Shown here piece after piece: positions 46,681 to 59,068 of a stretch of 64,000 nucleotides of DNA. The number at the start of each line of letters is the position of its first letter. Position 1 is the stretch's first letter. Both the position numbers and the translations under genes were made by a program. The stretch spans positions 147,509 to 211,508 of the forward strand of contig CAWHZQ010000003.1 in assembly GCA_963833905.1 (NCBI GenBank), read 5' to 3'. The stretch comes from an uncultured Gemmatimonadales bacterium (GTDB taxonomy: Bacteria; Gemmatimonadota; Gemmatimonadetes; Gemmatimonadales; GWC2-71-9). The notes beneath the pieces are model-generated. The model made no database searches. It had not been told where the DNA came from and saw nothing but the letters and a program-made list of their open reading frames with translations.

Positions 46681-48625
46681 GAACCGATCGCTGGCTCCGT
46701 TCCCGGCGCGTGCCGGGTCTCGTCGCCGTGCTGTGTCTCTCGCTCGCCACCGCGGCCGCCGCGCCGGTTCGTCACGGGCCCTCGACCGGCCGCGTGACCG
46801 GGCACGTCCGGGACGGCCAGGGCACACCGGTGCCCTACGCGCAGGTCATCGTGGTGGGCAGCGCGCTGTCGGCGCTCACCGATACCGCCGGGGCGTACCT
46901 GCTGCCGGCGGTGCCCGCGGGTCCCGTCACGATCCGTGCGACCCGCGTCGGGATCGGCTCGGCCGAGCTGGCCGGGACCGTCCGGGCCGGGAGCACGCTC
47001 ACGCTCAACTTCACGCTCGGCGATCAACGGGCCGCGGCGCGCCAGCTCGCGGAGGAGAAGGACGCCGCCAAGGCGGCCGCCAACTCGCCGTTGGCCTCCG
47101 CCATGCTCCGCCGGGAAGATTCCCGAATCAGAGGCGTCGCCACCGGCGTCGCGGCGACCCCGGCACCGGAGCCCTGGCGCTGGGCCCAGGAGCCGGGCAA
47201 CACCGAGGCGTACAACACGGTCGACGAGCACCGCTTTCTCGCGGCCGCAGCCAACCCGGTCTCGACCTTCTCCATCGACGTGGACGCCGCCTCGTACAGC
47301 AACGTCCGCCGCTTCCTGAGCCAGGGGACGCTGCCGCCCAAGGACGCGGTCCGGCTCGAGGAGCTGGTCAACTACTTCCCGTACCGCTATGCCGACCACA
47401 GCGGCCGCCATCCCTTCGCCGTCTCGACCGAGGTCGGTCCGTGCCCCTGGTCGCCGGAGCATCGGCTCGTCCGCATCGGCCTCCAGGCCCGCCGCGTGCC
47501 GACGCGAGAACCTGCCGCCGAGCAACCTGGTCTTCCTGATCGACGTCTCGGGCTCGATGATGTCGCCCGACAAGCTGCCGCTGGTCCAGCAGGCGTTCCG
47601 GGCGCTGGTGCACGAGCTCCGGGAGCAGGACCGGGTGGCCATCGTGGTCTACGCCGGAGCGGCGGGCCTGGTGCTGCCGTCGACCAGTGGCGCCGAGAAG
47701 GCCACGATCCTCGAGGCGATCGACCGCCTTCAGGCCGGCGGGTCGACGGCCGGCGGCGCCGGCATCCGCCTCGCCTACGACGTCGCGCGCCAGCACTTCG
47801 ATCGGGAAGGCAACAACCGCGTCATCCTGGCCACCGACGGCGACTTCAACGTGGGCGTGAGCTCCGACGCCGAGATGGTGCGCCTGGTGGAGCAGCGCCG
47901 CGAGGAAGGCACCTTTCTCACCGTGCTGGGCTTCGGAACCGGCAACCTGAAGGATTCGAAGATGGAGCAGATGGCCGACAAGGGAAACGGCCACTACGCC
48001 TACATCGACAGCTTCCGCGAGGCCCAGAAGGTCTTCGTGCAGGAGTTCGGCGGCACGCTGTTCACCGTCGCGAAGGACGTGAAGATCCAGGTCGAGTTCA
48101 ACCCGGCCCGGGTGCAGTCCTACCGGCTGCTTAGGCTACGAGAACCGCACGCTGGCGCGCGAGGACTTCGCGGACGACCGGAAGGACGCCGGCGAGCTCG
48201 GCTCGGGCCACTCGGTGACGGCGCTGTACGAGATCGTGCCGGTGGGGGCCACGCCGGTGGCGCTGGGTGACGACAGCTTGACCTACCAGCAGGTCTCGAT
48301 CCGGCCCGAGGCCAGCAGGAGCCGAGAGCTGATGACCGTGCGGCTCCGCTACAAGGATCCGCAGGGGTCGACCAGCCGGCTGCTCGAGGAGCCGGTGCGG
48401 GACCGGTCTGTCGGCGCGGCGTCGGAGGATATGCGCTTCGCCTCCGCGGTCGCCGCGTTCGCGCTGCTGCTCCGCGACTCTGAGCATCGCGGCCAGGCCA
48501 GCTATGAGCAGGTGCTGTCGCTCGCCCGCGGCGCGCGCGGGGAAGATCCCCAGGGTTACCGCGGGGAGTTCATCGGCATGGTGGAAACTGCGCGGACCCT
48601 CAGCGCCTCGTCGCGCACTGATTGA
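46677..48625 (+). CDS. YfbK-like von Willebrand factor A protein with an N-terminal CarboxypepD_reg domain, with two frame breaks (near 47505 and 48130)
   Basis: A signal peptide is followed by [19 protein letters not shown]. Further motifs: [30 protein letters not shown] (MIDAS), [18 protein letters not shown]. Confidence 0.8.
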
Positions 48626-48661
48626 CTTCGTCCAAACCTTCCGTTAGTCATCTCTCGCGCT

Positions 48662-48685
48662 CCGCCGGCCGATCGTGGCCGGCGG
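48662..48685 (+). terminator. GC hairpin after the vWA gene (no U-tract)
   Basis: CCGCCGGCC, loop GATCGT, GGCCGGCGG. The 9-bp stem is perfect and lies 37 nt after the stop. Confidence 0.35.
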
Positions 48686-48761
48686 GCCCGGGACGACCAG
48701 CCCGAGAACACGTCGACCGCCCATTGCGCTCTCCCTGGAGCGTACTGTGGACAACCCCGCC

Positions 48762-50338
48762 ATGACCAGCGCCGAATTCTTCGATCGCCTTCGAGTCACC
48801 ACGGAGTTCCTCGAGGCCATCGTCGGGGATCGCGGGCTGCTGGCCCAGGCCTCGCCTGACGACCAGCGACGGCTGCTGCAGGCCGCCGGCCAGGTGTATG
48901 CCCCGGATGCCAATGCCCGGCGACAGCTCGTGCGCGCGAGTGTGCGTCGCCGGAAGGCCGAACGGGTGCGGCGCGAGGACCAGGTGCTCGACCAGACCGG
49001 GATCCGGACGCTCCGCCGGCGGCCGGTCATCACCACGCCCAACGTGTTTCCGCCGCCCGGCTTCGAAGCCCGCGACAGCGACGGCGATCCGGACATCAGG
49101 GAAGCCATCGAGCCGCAACACTGCTACGTGTGCAAAGCGAAGTACACGGAGCTGCACCACTTCTACGATCAACTCTGCCCCGCCGTGCGCCGCCTTCAAC
49201 TTCGCCAAGCGCACCGAGCTCGCCGACCTTCGGGGCCGGGTGGCGCTCCTCACCGGCGGCCGCGTGAAGATCGGCTACCAGGCGGGTCTCAAGCTGCTGC
49301 GGTCCGGCGCGCACCTCATCGTCACCACCCGCTTTCCCCGCGACTCGGCCGATCGGTATGCCGCCGAGCCGGACTTCGGCGACTGGGGGCACCGCCTCGA
49401 GATCTTCGGGCTCGACCTGCGCCATACGCCGAGCGTGGAGGCGTTCTGCCGGGAGCTGATCGACACCCGGGATCGGCTCGACTTCATCATCAACAACGCC
49501 TGCCAGACGGTGCGCCGGCCGCCGGCGTTCTACGAGCACATGATGGTCCGCGAGCGGGAAGCCTTCCGCGGCATGCCGGCGCAAACTCGCCGGCTCCTGG
49601 GCCACTACGAGGGCTGGCGCGAGACGCACCCGGCGCCGGCGGGCGCGTCGGCCATCACTCCGGCTGCGTTCGAACGACGGCTTCCCAGCATTGCCGGGCA
49701 TGGCGGACGCGGCCGAGCTCTCCCAGGTCAGGCTTCTGCCGGAGGAGTATCAGGTCCAGGCCCATCTCTTTCCGGAAGGCCGCCTGGATCAGGATCTGCA
49801 GCAGGTCGACCTCCGGGAGCACAACTCCTGGCGGATGCTGATGGCGGACGTGCCTTCGGTCGAGCTGCTGGAGGTGCAGCTCATCAACGCGGTCGCGCCG
49901 TTCGTGTTGAACGCGCGACTCAAGCAGCTCATGCTGCGGACGCCGGATCGGGATAAGCACATCGTCAACGTGTCGGCCATGGAAGGCCAGTTCTACCGGA
50001 ACTTCAAGACGGTTCGCCATCCCCACACCAACATGGCCAAGGCGTCGCTGAACATGATGACGCGCACATCGGCGGCCGAATACCAGAGTGATGGGATTCA
50101 CATGAACAGCGTGGATACGGGCTGGGTGACGGACGAAGACCCGGTGGACGTGGCCGCCCGGAAGGTCGCGGAGCACCGCTTCCACCCGCCGCTCGACACC
50201 GTGGACGGTGCCGCGCGCATCGTGGATCCGATCATCGCCGGGATCAACACCGGGGAGCACGTCTGGGGGAAGTTTCTCAAGGATTATCCGCCCACGGATC
50301 TGGTGACTCGTGGTGCGAACGGGCGCCGGTCTCAATAG
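48762..50338 (+). CDS. Extended short-chain dehydrogenase/reductase with an N-terminal Cys4 region, with 2-3 frame breaks (near 49185, 49690, possibly 50300)
   Basis: It opens MTSAEFFDRL. The Cys4 region reads CYVCKAKYTELHHFYDQLCPAC. SDR motifs: VALLTGGRVKIGYQ, FIINNACQT, NVSAMEG, HPHTNMAKASLNMMT. Confidence 0.7.
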
Positions 50339-50360
50339 ATTGCGCGCTGTCGGTGGTGAG

Positions 50361-50450
50361 GGAGCGGTGGCCGAGTGGTTGAAGGCGCTCGCCTGGAAAG
50401 CGAGTTACCGGTCAAAAGCCGGTACGAGGGTTCGAATCCCTCCCGCTCCG
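50361..50450 (+). tRNA. tRNA-Ser (anticodon GGA)
   Basis: Acceptor stem GGAGCGG/CCGCTCC plus discriminator G. Anticodon loop CTGGAAA. It has a long variable arm and the T-arm GAGGGTTCGAATCCCTC. Confidence 0.9.
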
Positions 50451-50534
50451 TACGCGGTAAGCTGTCAACTCCCTGGACGCTACCGCGCTCCGCGAGTTGC
50501 GCGGTCGGTGGCCCCGGACTAGCTTCCCGCCCCG

Positions 50535-51067
50535 ATGCCCTCCAGGATCCCCCTTCTCGACGAGCGCGCACTCGGCCGGACCCTCGTGCGCATGGCCACG
50601 GAAATCGTCGAGCGCGCCGGGGGCACCGACAGCCTGGTACTCGTCGGCATCCAGCGCCGCGGCGTCGAGCTGGCCGACCGCCTGAAGCGCCTCATCGATC
50701 AATCCGAAGGCTCCGCCGTTCCCGTCGGCAAGCTCGACATCACCCTCTATCGCGACGACCTCCAGACCGTCGGGCCACGGCCCGTCGTCGGCGAGACCCG
50801 GCTGCCCAACCTCGACGGGCGCACGGTGGTCATCGTCGACGACGTGCTCTACACCGGCCGCACCGTCCGGGCCGCGCTCGACGAGTGCGCCGACTTCGGC
50901 CGGCCGCGCCGGATCCTGCTCTGCGTGCTCATCGACCGCGGCGGGCGCGAGCTCCCGATCCAGGCGGACATCGTAGGCACCACCGCGAGCACGGAGCCGC
51001 GGACCGGGTGGATGTGTTCGTCGCCGAGCTCGACGGCCGGGACGCGGTCGAGCTGGTGCGGGCCTGA
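50535..51067 (+). CDS. pyrR: Bifunctional pyr operon regulator / uracil phosphoribosyltransferase PyrR, with one frame break near 50995 (looks like a 1-nt deletion)
   Basis: Motifs: [35 protein letters not shown]. The C-terminus [21 protein letters not shown] lies in the frame of ORF 50375..51067. Confidence 0.8.
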
Positions 51068-51068
51068 G

Positions 51069-52028
51069 ATGACCACCCCGAGCCTCGGCAAGGACCTGGT
51101 CGGCCTGGAGCCGCTGAGCGCGGACCAGATCCGGCTCATCCTCGACACGGCGGAGCCGTTCAAGGAAGTGAGCGAGCGGCCGATCAAGAAGGTGCCGGCG
51201 CTTCGCGGGAAGACCATCGTCAACCTGTTCTTCGAGGCCTCCACCCGGACCCGGATCTCGTTCGAGTTCGCCGAGAAGCGGCTGAGCGCGGACACGGTGA
51301 ACGTGGCCGTGGCGGGCTCGTCGGTCTCCAAGGGCGAGACGCTGGTGGACACGGCGCGGAACCTCGAGGCCATGCGGATCGACATGGTCGTCATCCGCCA
51401 CGGCGCGTCGGGCGCGGCGCAGTTCCTCGGCCAGCGCATTCGCTCCAACGTCATCAACGCGGGCGACGGCAAGCACGAGCACCCGACCCAGGGCCTGCTC
51501 GACATCCTCACCCTGCGCGACCGGTTCAAGCGGATCGAGGGCCTCAAGGTCGCCATCTGCGGCGACATCCTCCACAGCCGCGTGGCGCGCAGCAACATCT
51601 GGGGCCTGCTCAAGCTGGGCGCCCAGGTCGGCGTCTGCGGCCCGGCCACGCTGCTGCCGCGCAACGTCCACGAGCTCGGCGTCACCATCCTCCCGCGGAT
51701 CGAGGATGCCATCCAGTGGGCGGATGCGCTCAACATCCTCCGCCTCCAGCTCGAGCGCATGCAGTCCGGCTTCCTGCCCTCGCTGCGCGAGTACAATCGC
51801 GTCTTCGGCGTCACCAGCGAACGGCTGGCGAAGGCCCCCAAGGACCTCCTCATCCTGCACCCCGGCCCGATGAACCGCGGAGTCGAGATCGACAGCGACG
51901 TGGCCGACGGCCCCCACAGCGTGATCCTGCCCCAGGTGACCAACGGCGTCGCCGTGCGCATGGCGGTGCTCTACCTGCTGGCCGGCGGCTCGCCCGACTG
52001 GGCCCACCCGGGCGGCGGGGGAGACTGA
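51069..52028 (+). CDS. pyrB: Aspartate carbamoyltransferase catalytic subunit
   Basis: ATG 51069 is in the frame of ORF 50535..52028 and the gene is intact. Motifs: [31 protein letters not shown]. Confidence 0.95.
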   Translation: MTTPSLGKDLVGLEPLSADQIRLILDTAEPFKEVSERPIKKVPALRGKTIVNLFFEASTRTRISFEFAEKRLSADTVNVAVAGSSVSKGETLVDTARNLEAMRIDMVVIRHGASGAAQFLGQRIRSNVINAGDGKHEHPTQGLLDILTLRDRFKRIEGLKVAICGDILHSRVARSNIWGLLKLGAQVGVCGPATLLPRNVHELGVTILPRIEDAIQWADALNILRLQLERMQSGFLPSLREYNRVFGVTSERLAKAPKDLLILHPGPMNRGVEIDSDVADGPHSVILPQVTNGVAVRMAVLYLLAGGSPDWAHPGGGGD

Positions 52029-52030
52029 GC

Positions 52031-53317
52031 ATGCGGCCGATTCTCATCCGGGGCGGACGGATCCTCGATCCCTCGCGCAACACCGACCAGGTGGCCGACC
52101 TCCTGCTGCAGGACGGCAAGGTCGAGGCGCTGGGCCAGAACCTCGGCCGGCCCGACGGCGCCGACGTGCTCGACGCGGCGGGGAAGGTGGTGGCCCCCGG
52201 CCTCATCGACCTCCACGTGCACCTGCGGGAGCCGGGCCAGGAGGACGTGGAGACCGTCGCCACCGGCGCCATGGCCGCCGCCGCCGGCGGATTCAGCGCG
52301 GTGTGCGCGATGCCGAACACCGATCCGGTGACCGACAACCAGGCGGCCGTCGGCTTCATCGTGAGCCAGGCGCAGCGGGCAGGGAAGGCGCGAGTGTATC
52401 CCATCGGCGCCATCTCGCTCGCGCAGCAGGGGCAGCAGCTGGCGGAGTTCGGCGAGCTCGTGGGGGCGGGCGCCGTGGCGGTGAGCGACGACGGGAAGCC
52501 CGTCGTCTCGAGCCACCTCATGCGCACCGCGCTCGAGTACGCGCGCACGTTCGGCATCCCGGTGGCGGATCACTGCGAGGACCCCACGCTCGCCGCGGGC
52601 GGCGCGATGCACGAAGGGCTGGTCTCGACCCGGCTCGGCCTCAAGGGCGTCCCGTCGGCGGCGGAAGAGATCATGGTGGCGCGCGACATCCTGCTCGCCG
52701 AGCTGACCGGCGGCCACGTGCACCTGTGCCACATGTCGACGCGAGGATCGGTCGAGCTCATCCGGCGAGCCAAGGAGAAGGGGCTCAGGGTGACGGCGGA
52801 GGCCTGCCCGCACCACTTCACGCTGACCCACGAGGCGTGCGAGGGCTACAACACCAACGCGAAGATGAACCCGCCACTCCGGGAGCCCGAGGACCGCGAG
52901 GCGATCCGGCAGGGGCTGCGCGACGGCACGATCGACGTGATCTGCACCGATCACGCGCCGCATCACTACGATGCCAAGGAGCGCGAGTTCGACGACGCGC
53001 CCAACGGGATCATCGGGCTGGAGACGGCGCTCGGCCTCGCGATCACGGAGCTGGTGGACGGCGGGCTCCTCGATCTCGCCACGCTCGTGACCCGGATGAG
53101 CACCATGCCGGCCCGGATCTTCGGCCTGCCCGGCGGCACGCTGGCGCGCGGATCGGCGGCGGACGTGGTGGTGATCGACCCCGCGGCCCAGTGGACGGTC
53201 GAGCCCGAGACCTTCTACTCCAAGAGCCGGAACACCCCGTTCGCCGGCCGCCGCCTCCGGGGCCGGGCGGACGTGACGATCGTGCGCGGGCAGGTGGTCT
53301 TCCGGCGCGGGGGGTGA
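52031..53317 (+). CDS. pyrC: Dihydroorotase
   Basis: ATG 52031 lies in ORF 51716..53317 and the gene is intact. Motifs: PGLIDLHVHLREPG, AMPNTDP, HLCHMST, TDHAPH. Confidence 0.9.
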   Translation: MRPILIRGGRILDPSRNTDQVADLLLQDGKVEALGQNLGRPDGADVLDAAGKVVAPGLIDLHVHLREPGQEDVETVATGAMAAAAGGFSAVCAMPNTDPVTDNQAAVGFIVSQAQRAGKARVYPIGAISLAQQGQQLAEFGELVGAGAVAVSDDGKPVVSSHLMRTALEYARTFGIPVADHCEDPTLAAGGAMHEGLVSTRLGLKGVPSAAEEIMVARDILLAELTGGHVHLCHMSTRGSVELIRRAKEKGLRVTAEACPHHFTLTHEACEGYNTNAKMNPPLREPEDREAIRQGLRDGTIDVICTDHAPHHYDAKEREFDDAPNGIIGLETALGLAITELVDGGLLDLATLVTRMSTMPARIFGLPGGTLARGSAADVVVIDPAAQWTVEPETFYSKSRNTPFAGRRLRGRADVTIVRGQVVFRRGG

Positions 53318-53361
53318 GATCTCGGTGCAGTCCAAGGATTCAATTTGAGCGTGTGCGGCTC

Positions 53362-53461
53362 TTCACCACGAAGACACGAAGGACACGAAGGAACACGAAG
53401 ACAAGCAACAACACGGTGGTTTTCTTCGTGGCCTTCGTGGCCTTCGTGCCTTCGTGGTGAA
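53362..53461. repeat. REP-like palindromic element, family B (copy B3, CACGAAGG units)
   Basis: TTCACCACGAAGACACGAAGGACACGAAGGAACACGAAGA, a loop containing AGCAACAACAC, then TTCTTCGTGGCCTTCGTGGCCTTCGTGCCTTCGTGGTGAA. It lies 45 nt after the pyrC stop. Confidence 0.9.
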
Positions 53462-53664
53462 GACGCCAGCGATGCCCGCGCGGTCTCCGAGGCGACCCCC
53501 GCCTGCCACACCCGGGCCCGGGCGGTAGGAGCCCATATGCACCCGTGGCTCCCGGATGGCCTTGACCGAATTAGATTTGCATCTCCGGGTCTATCGCCGA
53601 CGGCGCGACCAAGCTCACCCCCGAACAGATGCACGACCTCGAGCGGCTGAGAGGAATTTCCATC

Positions 53665-54555
53665 ATGGCCAAACCGACCTCGGATACCGACGCGACCATC
53701 GAATCGCTCCTGCAGCAGCGGGCCCAGTACGAGCAGTGGCTCGCCCGCCTCGACTCCGCGGGCGACAAGGCGCCGCCCGCCGTCCGTGCGCGCGTGCGCA
53801 GCGACTACGAGGCGCGGCTGCGGGGCGTGATCGACCAGCTGCGCGGGTTCGCGGCGACGATCGCCGAAGAGCTCGATCGTCACAAGGGCACGCAGACCGG
53901 GCTCGACGGCGAGCGTCGGCAGGCCGAAGAGGCGCTCTCGGAGGCCGAGGTGCGCCACGCGGTCGGCGAGTACTCCGAGGACGAATGGCAGCGGATCAAC
54001 GACCAGAGCGGCGAGCTGCTGGGCCGCCTCCGCGGCGAGCTGCGCGCGGTCGGAGACGAGATCGCACGGCTGGCGGAAGTGCAGGGGTTGATCGGCGGGG
54101 CGCCAAAGCGCGTCGAGCCTCCTGCCCCGGCGCCTCCCCCGCCTCCGCCGCCGGTCGCGGCGGCGCCCGAGCCCGAACCCGAGCCGGAGCGATTCGCGCC
54201 GCCGCCGGCCGCTCCTGTCGCCGCGACCCGGCCCGCGCCCAAGCCGGCGCCGAGGGAGGCCGAGATCACCCATGGCCCGCCACCGGTGGACGAGATGGCG
54301 TTCCTCAAGTCGGTGGCGCCCGAGGAGGAACGGAAGCCGGCGCCGGCGCAGACCTCGGGCCGCCGGGGAAGCAACCCTGGCCCGTCGGGTGCGAGGTCGG
54401 CGGAGGGATCGGGAACCGCGAGCCAGACGGCCGCACCCGGGAAGCCGGGCGCGGCGGGCGGAGCGAAGACGCTCAAGTGCGGGGAGTGCGGCACGCTCAA
54501 TCGGCCGACCGAGTGGTACTGCGAGCGCTGCGGCGCGGAGCTCGCCGGCATCTGA
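53665..54555 (+). CDS. Hypothetical coiled-coil / proline-rich protein with a C-terminal zinc ribbon
   Basis: ATG 53665 is preceded by GAGAGGA. The N-terminal half is a heptad-rich helix (QYEQWLARLDS..., EAEVRHAVGEYSEDEWQRI). A PAPAPPPPPPP linker follows. The zinc ribbon is CGECGTLNRPTEWYCERCG. Confidence 0.55.
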   Translation: MAKPTSDTDATIESLLQQRAQYEQWLARLDSAGDKAPPAVRARVRSDYEARLRGVIDQLRGFAATIAEELDRHKGTQTGLDGERRQAEEALSEAEVRHAVGEYSEDEWQRINDQSGELLGRLRGELRAVGDEIARLAEVQGLIGGAPKRVEPPAPAPPPPPPPVAAAPEPEPEPERFAPPPAAPVAATRPAPKPAPREAEITHGPPPVDEMAFLKSVAPEEERKPAPAQTSGRRGSNPGPSGARSAEGSGTASQTAAPGKPGAAGGAKTLKCGECGTLNRPTEWYCERCGAELAGI

Positions 54556-54646
54556 GTTGAGCTGCTCTACGCCGCTACGATAAAAGGAGTTACGGCGCAG
54601 CTGATAAAGTGATTTCTAGGTAGGCGGATGCAGCGTGCACGCGACG

Positions 54647-54673
54647 AAAAAGGGCCCCGCGATGGCGGGGCCC
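54647..54673 (-). terminator. Rho-independent terminator of rpsT
   Basis: On the (-) strand: GGGCCCCGC, loop CATC, GCGGGGCCC, followed by TTTTT. It lies 30 nt after the rpsT stop. Confidence 0.7.
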
Positions 54674-54702
54674 TCGTCGTTGGAACGCCGAGCGTCGTCG
54701 CG

Positions 54703-54960
54703 CTACTTCGTGCCGCCCGCCTTGGCCAGCTTCGAGAGCCGGCTCTTCTGCCGGGCCGCCGCGTTCGGATGGATCAGCCGCTTGCGTCCCGCGCGATCGA
54801 TCAGCTTCACGGCCTCATCGTACGCGGCCTGCGCGGCGCCCGCCGCGGCCGTGCGCACCTTCTTGATGGCCGAGCGGAGCTGGCTCCGGTGGGTGCGGTT
54901 GAGCGTCGTGTGAGTCTTGGCCTGACGCATACGCTTCTTGGCGGACTTGATTCGCGGCAC
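54703..54960 (-). CDS. rpsT: 30S ribosomal protein S20
   Basis: GTG start: VPRIKSAKKRMRQAKTHTTLNRTHRSQLRSAIKKV... (85 aa). It forms the tail of ORF 54703..55572(-). Confidence 0.9.
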   Translation of the reverse strand: MPRIKSAKKRMRQAKTHTTLNRTHRSQLRSAIKKVRTAAAGAAQAAYDEAVKLIDRAGRKRLIHPNAAARQKSRLSKLAKAGGTK

Positions 54961-55096
54961 GACGACCTCGAAAAAAACGGAGACAGACCAAAAGAGCGAC
55001 CAGACGCTCCGCCGCCCATAACACCCGGGAAGCCACCTGGTCAACGAGCCGGGAAACATAGATCGCCACCCGTGCAAGGTCAAGCGGCGTCCGGCT

Positions 55097-55125
55097 TTGA
55101 CTTGGCTCCAGCGGGTGCTTAACCT
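55097..55125 (+). promoter_or_regulatory. Candidate sigma70-type promoter
   Basis: TTGACT (55097-102), a 17-nt spacer, then TAACCT (55120-125), about 70 nt upstream of the M50 protease start. Confidence 0.35.
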
Positions 55126-55194
55126 TCCGCGACCCCGACCGACAGGACCGCACCCCTGGAAAACCAGATCAGCGATTTCATCCTCGCGCTCCCG

Positions 55195-55855
55195 ATGCTG
55201 GTCTTCGCCATGGTCGCGCACGAGTATGCCCACGCCGCCGTCGCGCTCCACCAGGGCGACGACACCGCCTACACCCTTGGACGGGTCACCCTCAACCCGA
55301 TACCGCACATCGACCCGGTCATGAGCCTGCTGCTGCCGGCGGTGCTCTGGTTCGCGTCGAACGGCCAGTACACGTTCGGGGGTGCCAAGCCGGTGCCGGT
55401 CAACTCGAGGAAGTTCCGCAACTTCAAGCGTGGCGACATCCTCGTCTCGGCGGCGGGGGTCACGACCAATTTCTTTCTGGCCTTCGTGTGGGCGTTCGTG
55501 TTCATCCTGCTCGGCCTTGCTGGCGCAGGCGCTTCCCGCCGCGGGACCGACGCTGGAAACGGCGCAGCGCATGATGATGTTCGGGATCTACATCAATCTG
55601 CTGCTCTGTTTCTTCAACCTCATTCCGATTCCACCGCTGGACGGATCGCACCTCTTGTATCACGCCCTTCCGCCGAGGGCGGGGAATTGGTATCGGGGTC
55701 TGCAGCGCTTCGGCTACCTCCCGCTGTTCCTCATGCTGTTCGTGTTCCGCGGCGCCATGGGAGTGATCCTGATGCCGGTGTACGTCATGTTGCGGCTGCT
55801 CCAGAGCTGGACCGCGCCGTACCAGATCGCATCGCTCCTTGGGGGGATGTCCTAG
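55195..55855 (+). CDS. Site-2 protease family (peptidase M50) membrane metalloprotease, with one frame break near 55525
   Basis: Motifs: AMVAHEYAHAAVA (HExxH), NPIPHIDP, FFNLIPIPPLDGSH. The C-terminal half lies in ORF 55382..55855. ATG 55195 leaves only 8 aa before HExxH, so the start is uncertain. Confidence 0.75.
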
Positions 55856-55857
55856 CC

Positions 55858-56579
<722 letters not shown>

Positions 56580-56605
<26 letters not shown>

Positions 56606-57166
56606 AGCCGCGCTGTTCAGCGCCTGCCGCCCGCTCACCGTCGAGGAGCTCTCCACGCTCGACCAGGAGGCGACGCTCGCCGACGTCCGCGTCGCGCTCG
56701 AGCAGATCCGCGAGCACTTCGATTTCGAGCAGCACGGGGTCGAGCTGCTGGAGATGGCGGGCGGCTATCAGATCCTCACGCCGGCCCGTGCACGCGGCCG
56801 CGATCGAGCGCGCGCAGCTTCTCGGTCCGGACGCCCAAGCTCACGGCCGCGGCGCTCGAGACGCTGGCCGTGATCGCCTACCGGCAGCCGGTGGGCCGCG
56901 CCGAGATCGAGGAGATCCGCGGCGTCTCGGCGGGAGGCGTGCTGCGCTCGCTGCAGGAGCGCGGGCTGATCGAGGTCGTGGGCCGGAGCGAGGCGCTGGG
57001 CCGGCCGCTGCTCTACGGCACCGCGGCGATGTTCCTCGAGCTGCTCGGGCTCCGCGACCTGGCCGACCTGCCGCGGGCGGAGGAGCTGACGATCGCGCTC
57101 CACTCGCACCGGGCGATGGCCGAGGGCGACGACGACGCGGCCGCCTACGTCGAGGCCGAGTCGTGA
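56580..57166 (+). CDS. scpB: Segregation and condensation protein B, with at least 2 frame breaks (near 56790 and 56830)
   Basis: It opens LLEAALFSACRPLTVEEL. The region LETLAVIAYRQPVGRAEIEEIRGVSAGGVLRSLQERGLIEVVGR lies in ORF 56870..57166. Confidence 0.75.
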
Positions 57167-57902
57167 CCGAGATGCGGCTCCAGCGCGCGCTGGCGCGCGC
57201 GGGGGTCGCCTCTCGCCGCGCGGCGGAGGAGCTGATCACCGACGGCAAGGTGCGGGTCGACGGGAAGGTCGGCGACGCTGGGGATGAAGGTGGACCCGGC
57301 GAAGCAGCGGATCACGGTGGGCGGCCGGGCGGTGAAGCTGCAGGAGCGGCGCTGGCTCGCCTTCCACAAGCCGCTCGGGGTGGTCACGACCGCGAGCGAC
57401 GAGGAGGGCCGCCGCACCGTGCTCGACTTCATCCCCGAGCACCGCGGGCCTCACCTACGTCGGGCCGGCTGGACGTGATGACGACGGGCCTGCTGCTGCT
57501 CACCACTGACGGCGAGGCGGTGCACCGCCTCACCCATCCGCGCTACCACATCCCGCGACGCTACACCGCGCTGGTGCATGGCCGGTCCACGGCGGAGATC
57601 ACGGGCGCGGTCAAGCGAGAAGTCGTGATCGACGGCCGGCCGGTGGATCCCGTCGCGAGGTGCGGGTGCGCGCCGGGCACCGAGGGCCGGAGCATCCTCG
57701 ACGTGACGCTCGACGGAGGGCCGCAACCGGATCGTCCGCCGCTGGGCCGAGGCCATGGGGCTCAAGGTGGAGCGGCTGGCGCGCCTGTCGTACGGCCCGG
57801 TGCGGCTGGGGGACCTGCGCGTCCGGGCGCTACCGGCCGCTCACGCCGAAGGAGGAGAAGGCGCTGTACAAGGCGATCCGGATGGATCCGGAGGAGGGGT
57901 GA
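57163..57902 (+). CDS. rluB: Pseudouridine synthase RluB/RsuA family, with at least 5 frame breaks
   Basis: The S4 domain reads MRLQRALARAGVASRRAAEELITDGKVRVDG (ATG 57172 or GTG 57163). The catalytic motif is GRLDVMTTGLLLLTTDGE. The tail YRPLTPKEEKALYKAI lies in ORF 57660..57902. Confidence 0.75.
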
Positions 57903-58077
57903 CACCCGGACGTGCGTGAGCCGTCAGGTGCGGAGGCTTCCGCGCATCCGCGGGCAGGTCAGTCCGGCGCTGCGATTCAGAGTCCCTGCTCCGCTCGAGG
58001 AGACGGTCGCGTGACCGCGCCACCACGCACCCCGTCCCGACTATCTTTCCTCCATCCACTCCCAGGAGCCAGCCAGC

Positions 58078-59059
<982 letters not shown>

Positions 59060-59068
59060 CCGCCCACC

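Noticed and set aside
54556-54646. An AT-richer interval after the zinc-ribbon gene, with an imperfect hairpin (GCTGC..CGCCG / CGGCGCAGC) whose loop contains AAAGGAG.
   Set aside because: The only ORF behind the SD-like motif is 4 codons long. The pairing is weak with a 4-nt bulge. It is probably just the convergent-terminator region shared with rpsT.
54961-55010. A possible attenuator in the rpsT leader: a U7 run 10 nt upstream of the GTG start on the (-) strand, preceded by CGGAG...CTCCG.
   Set aside because: Only a 5-bp closing stem can be drawn and the interior does not pair. There is no support for a functional structure from sequence alone.
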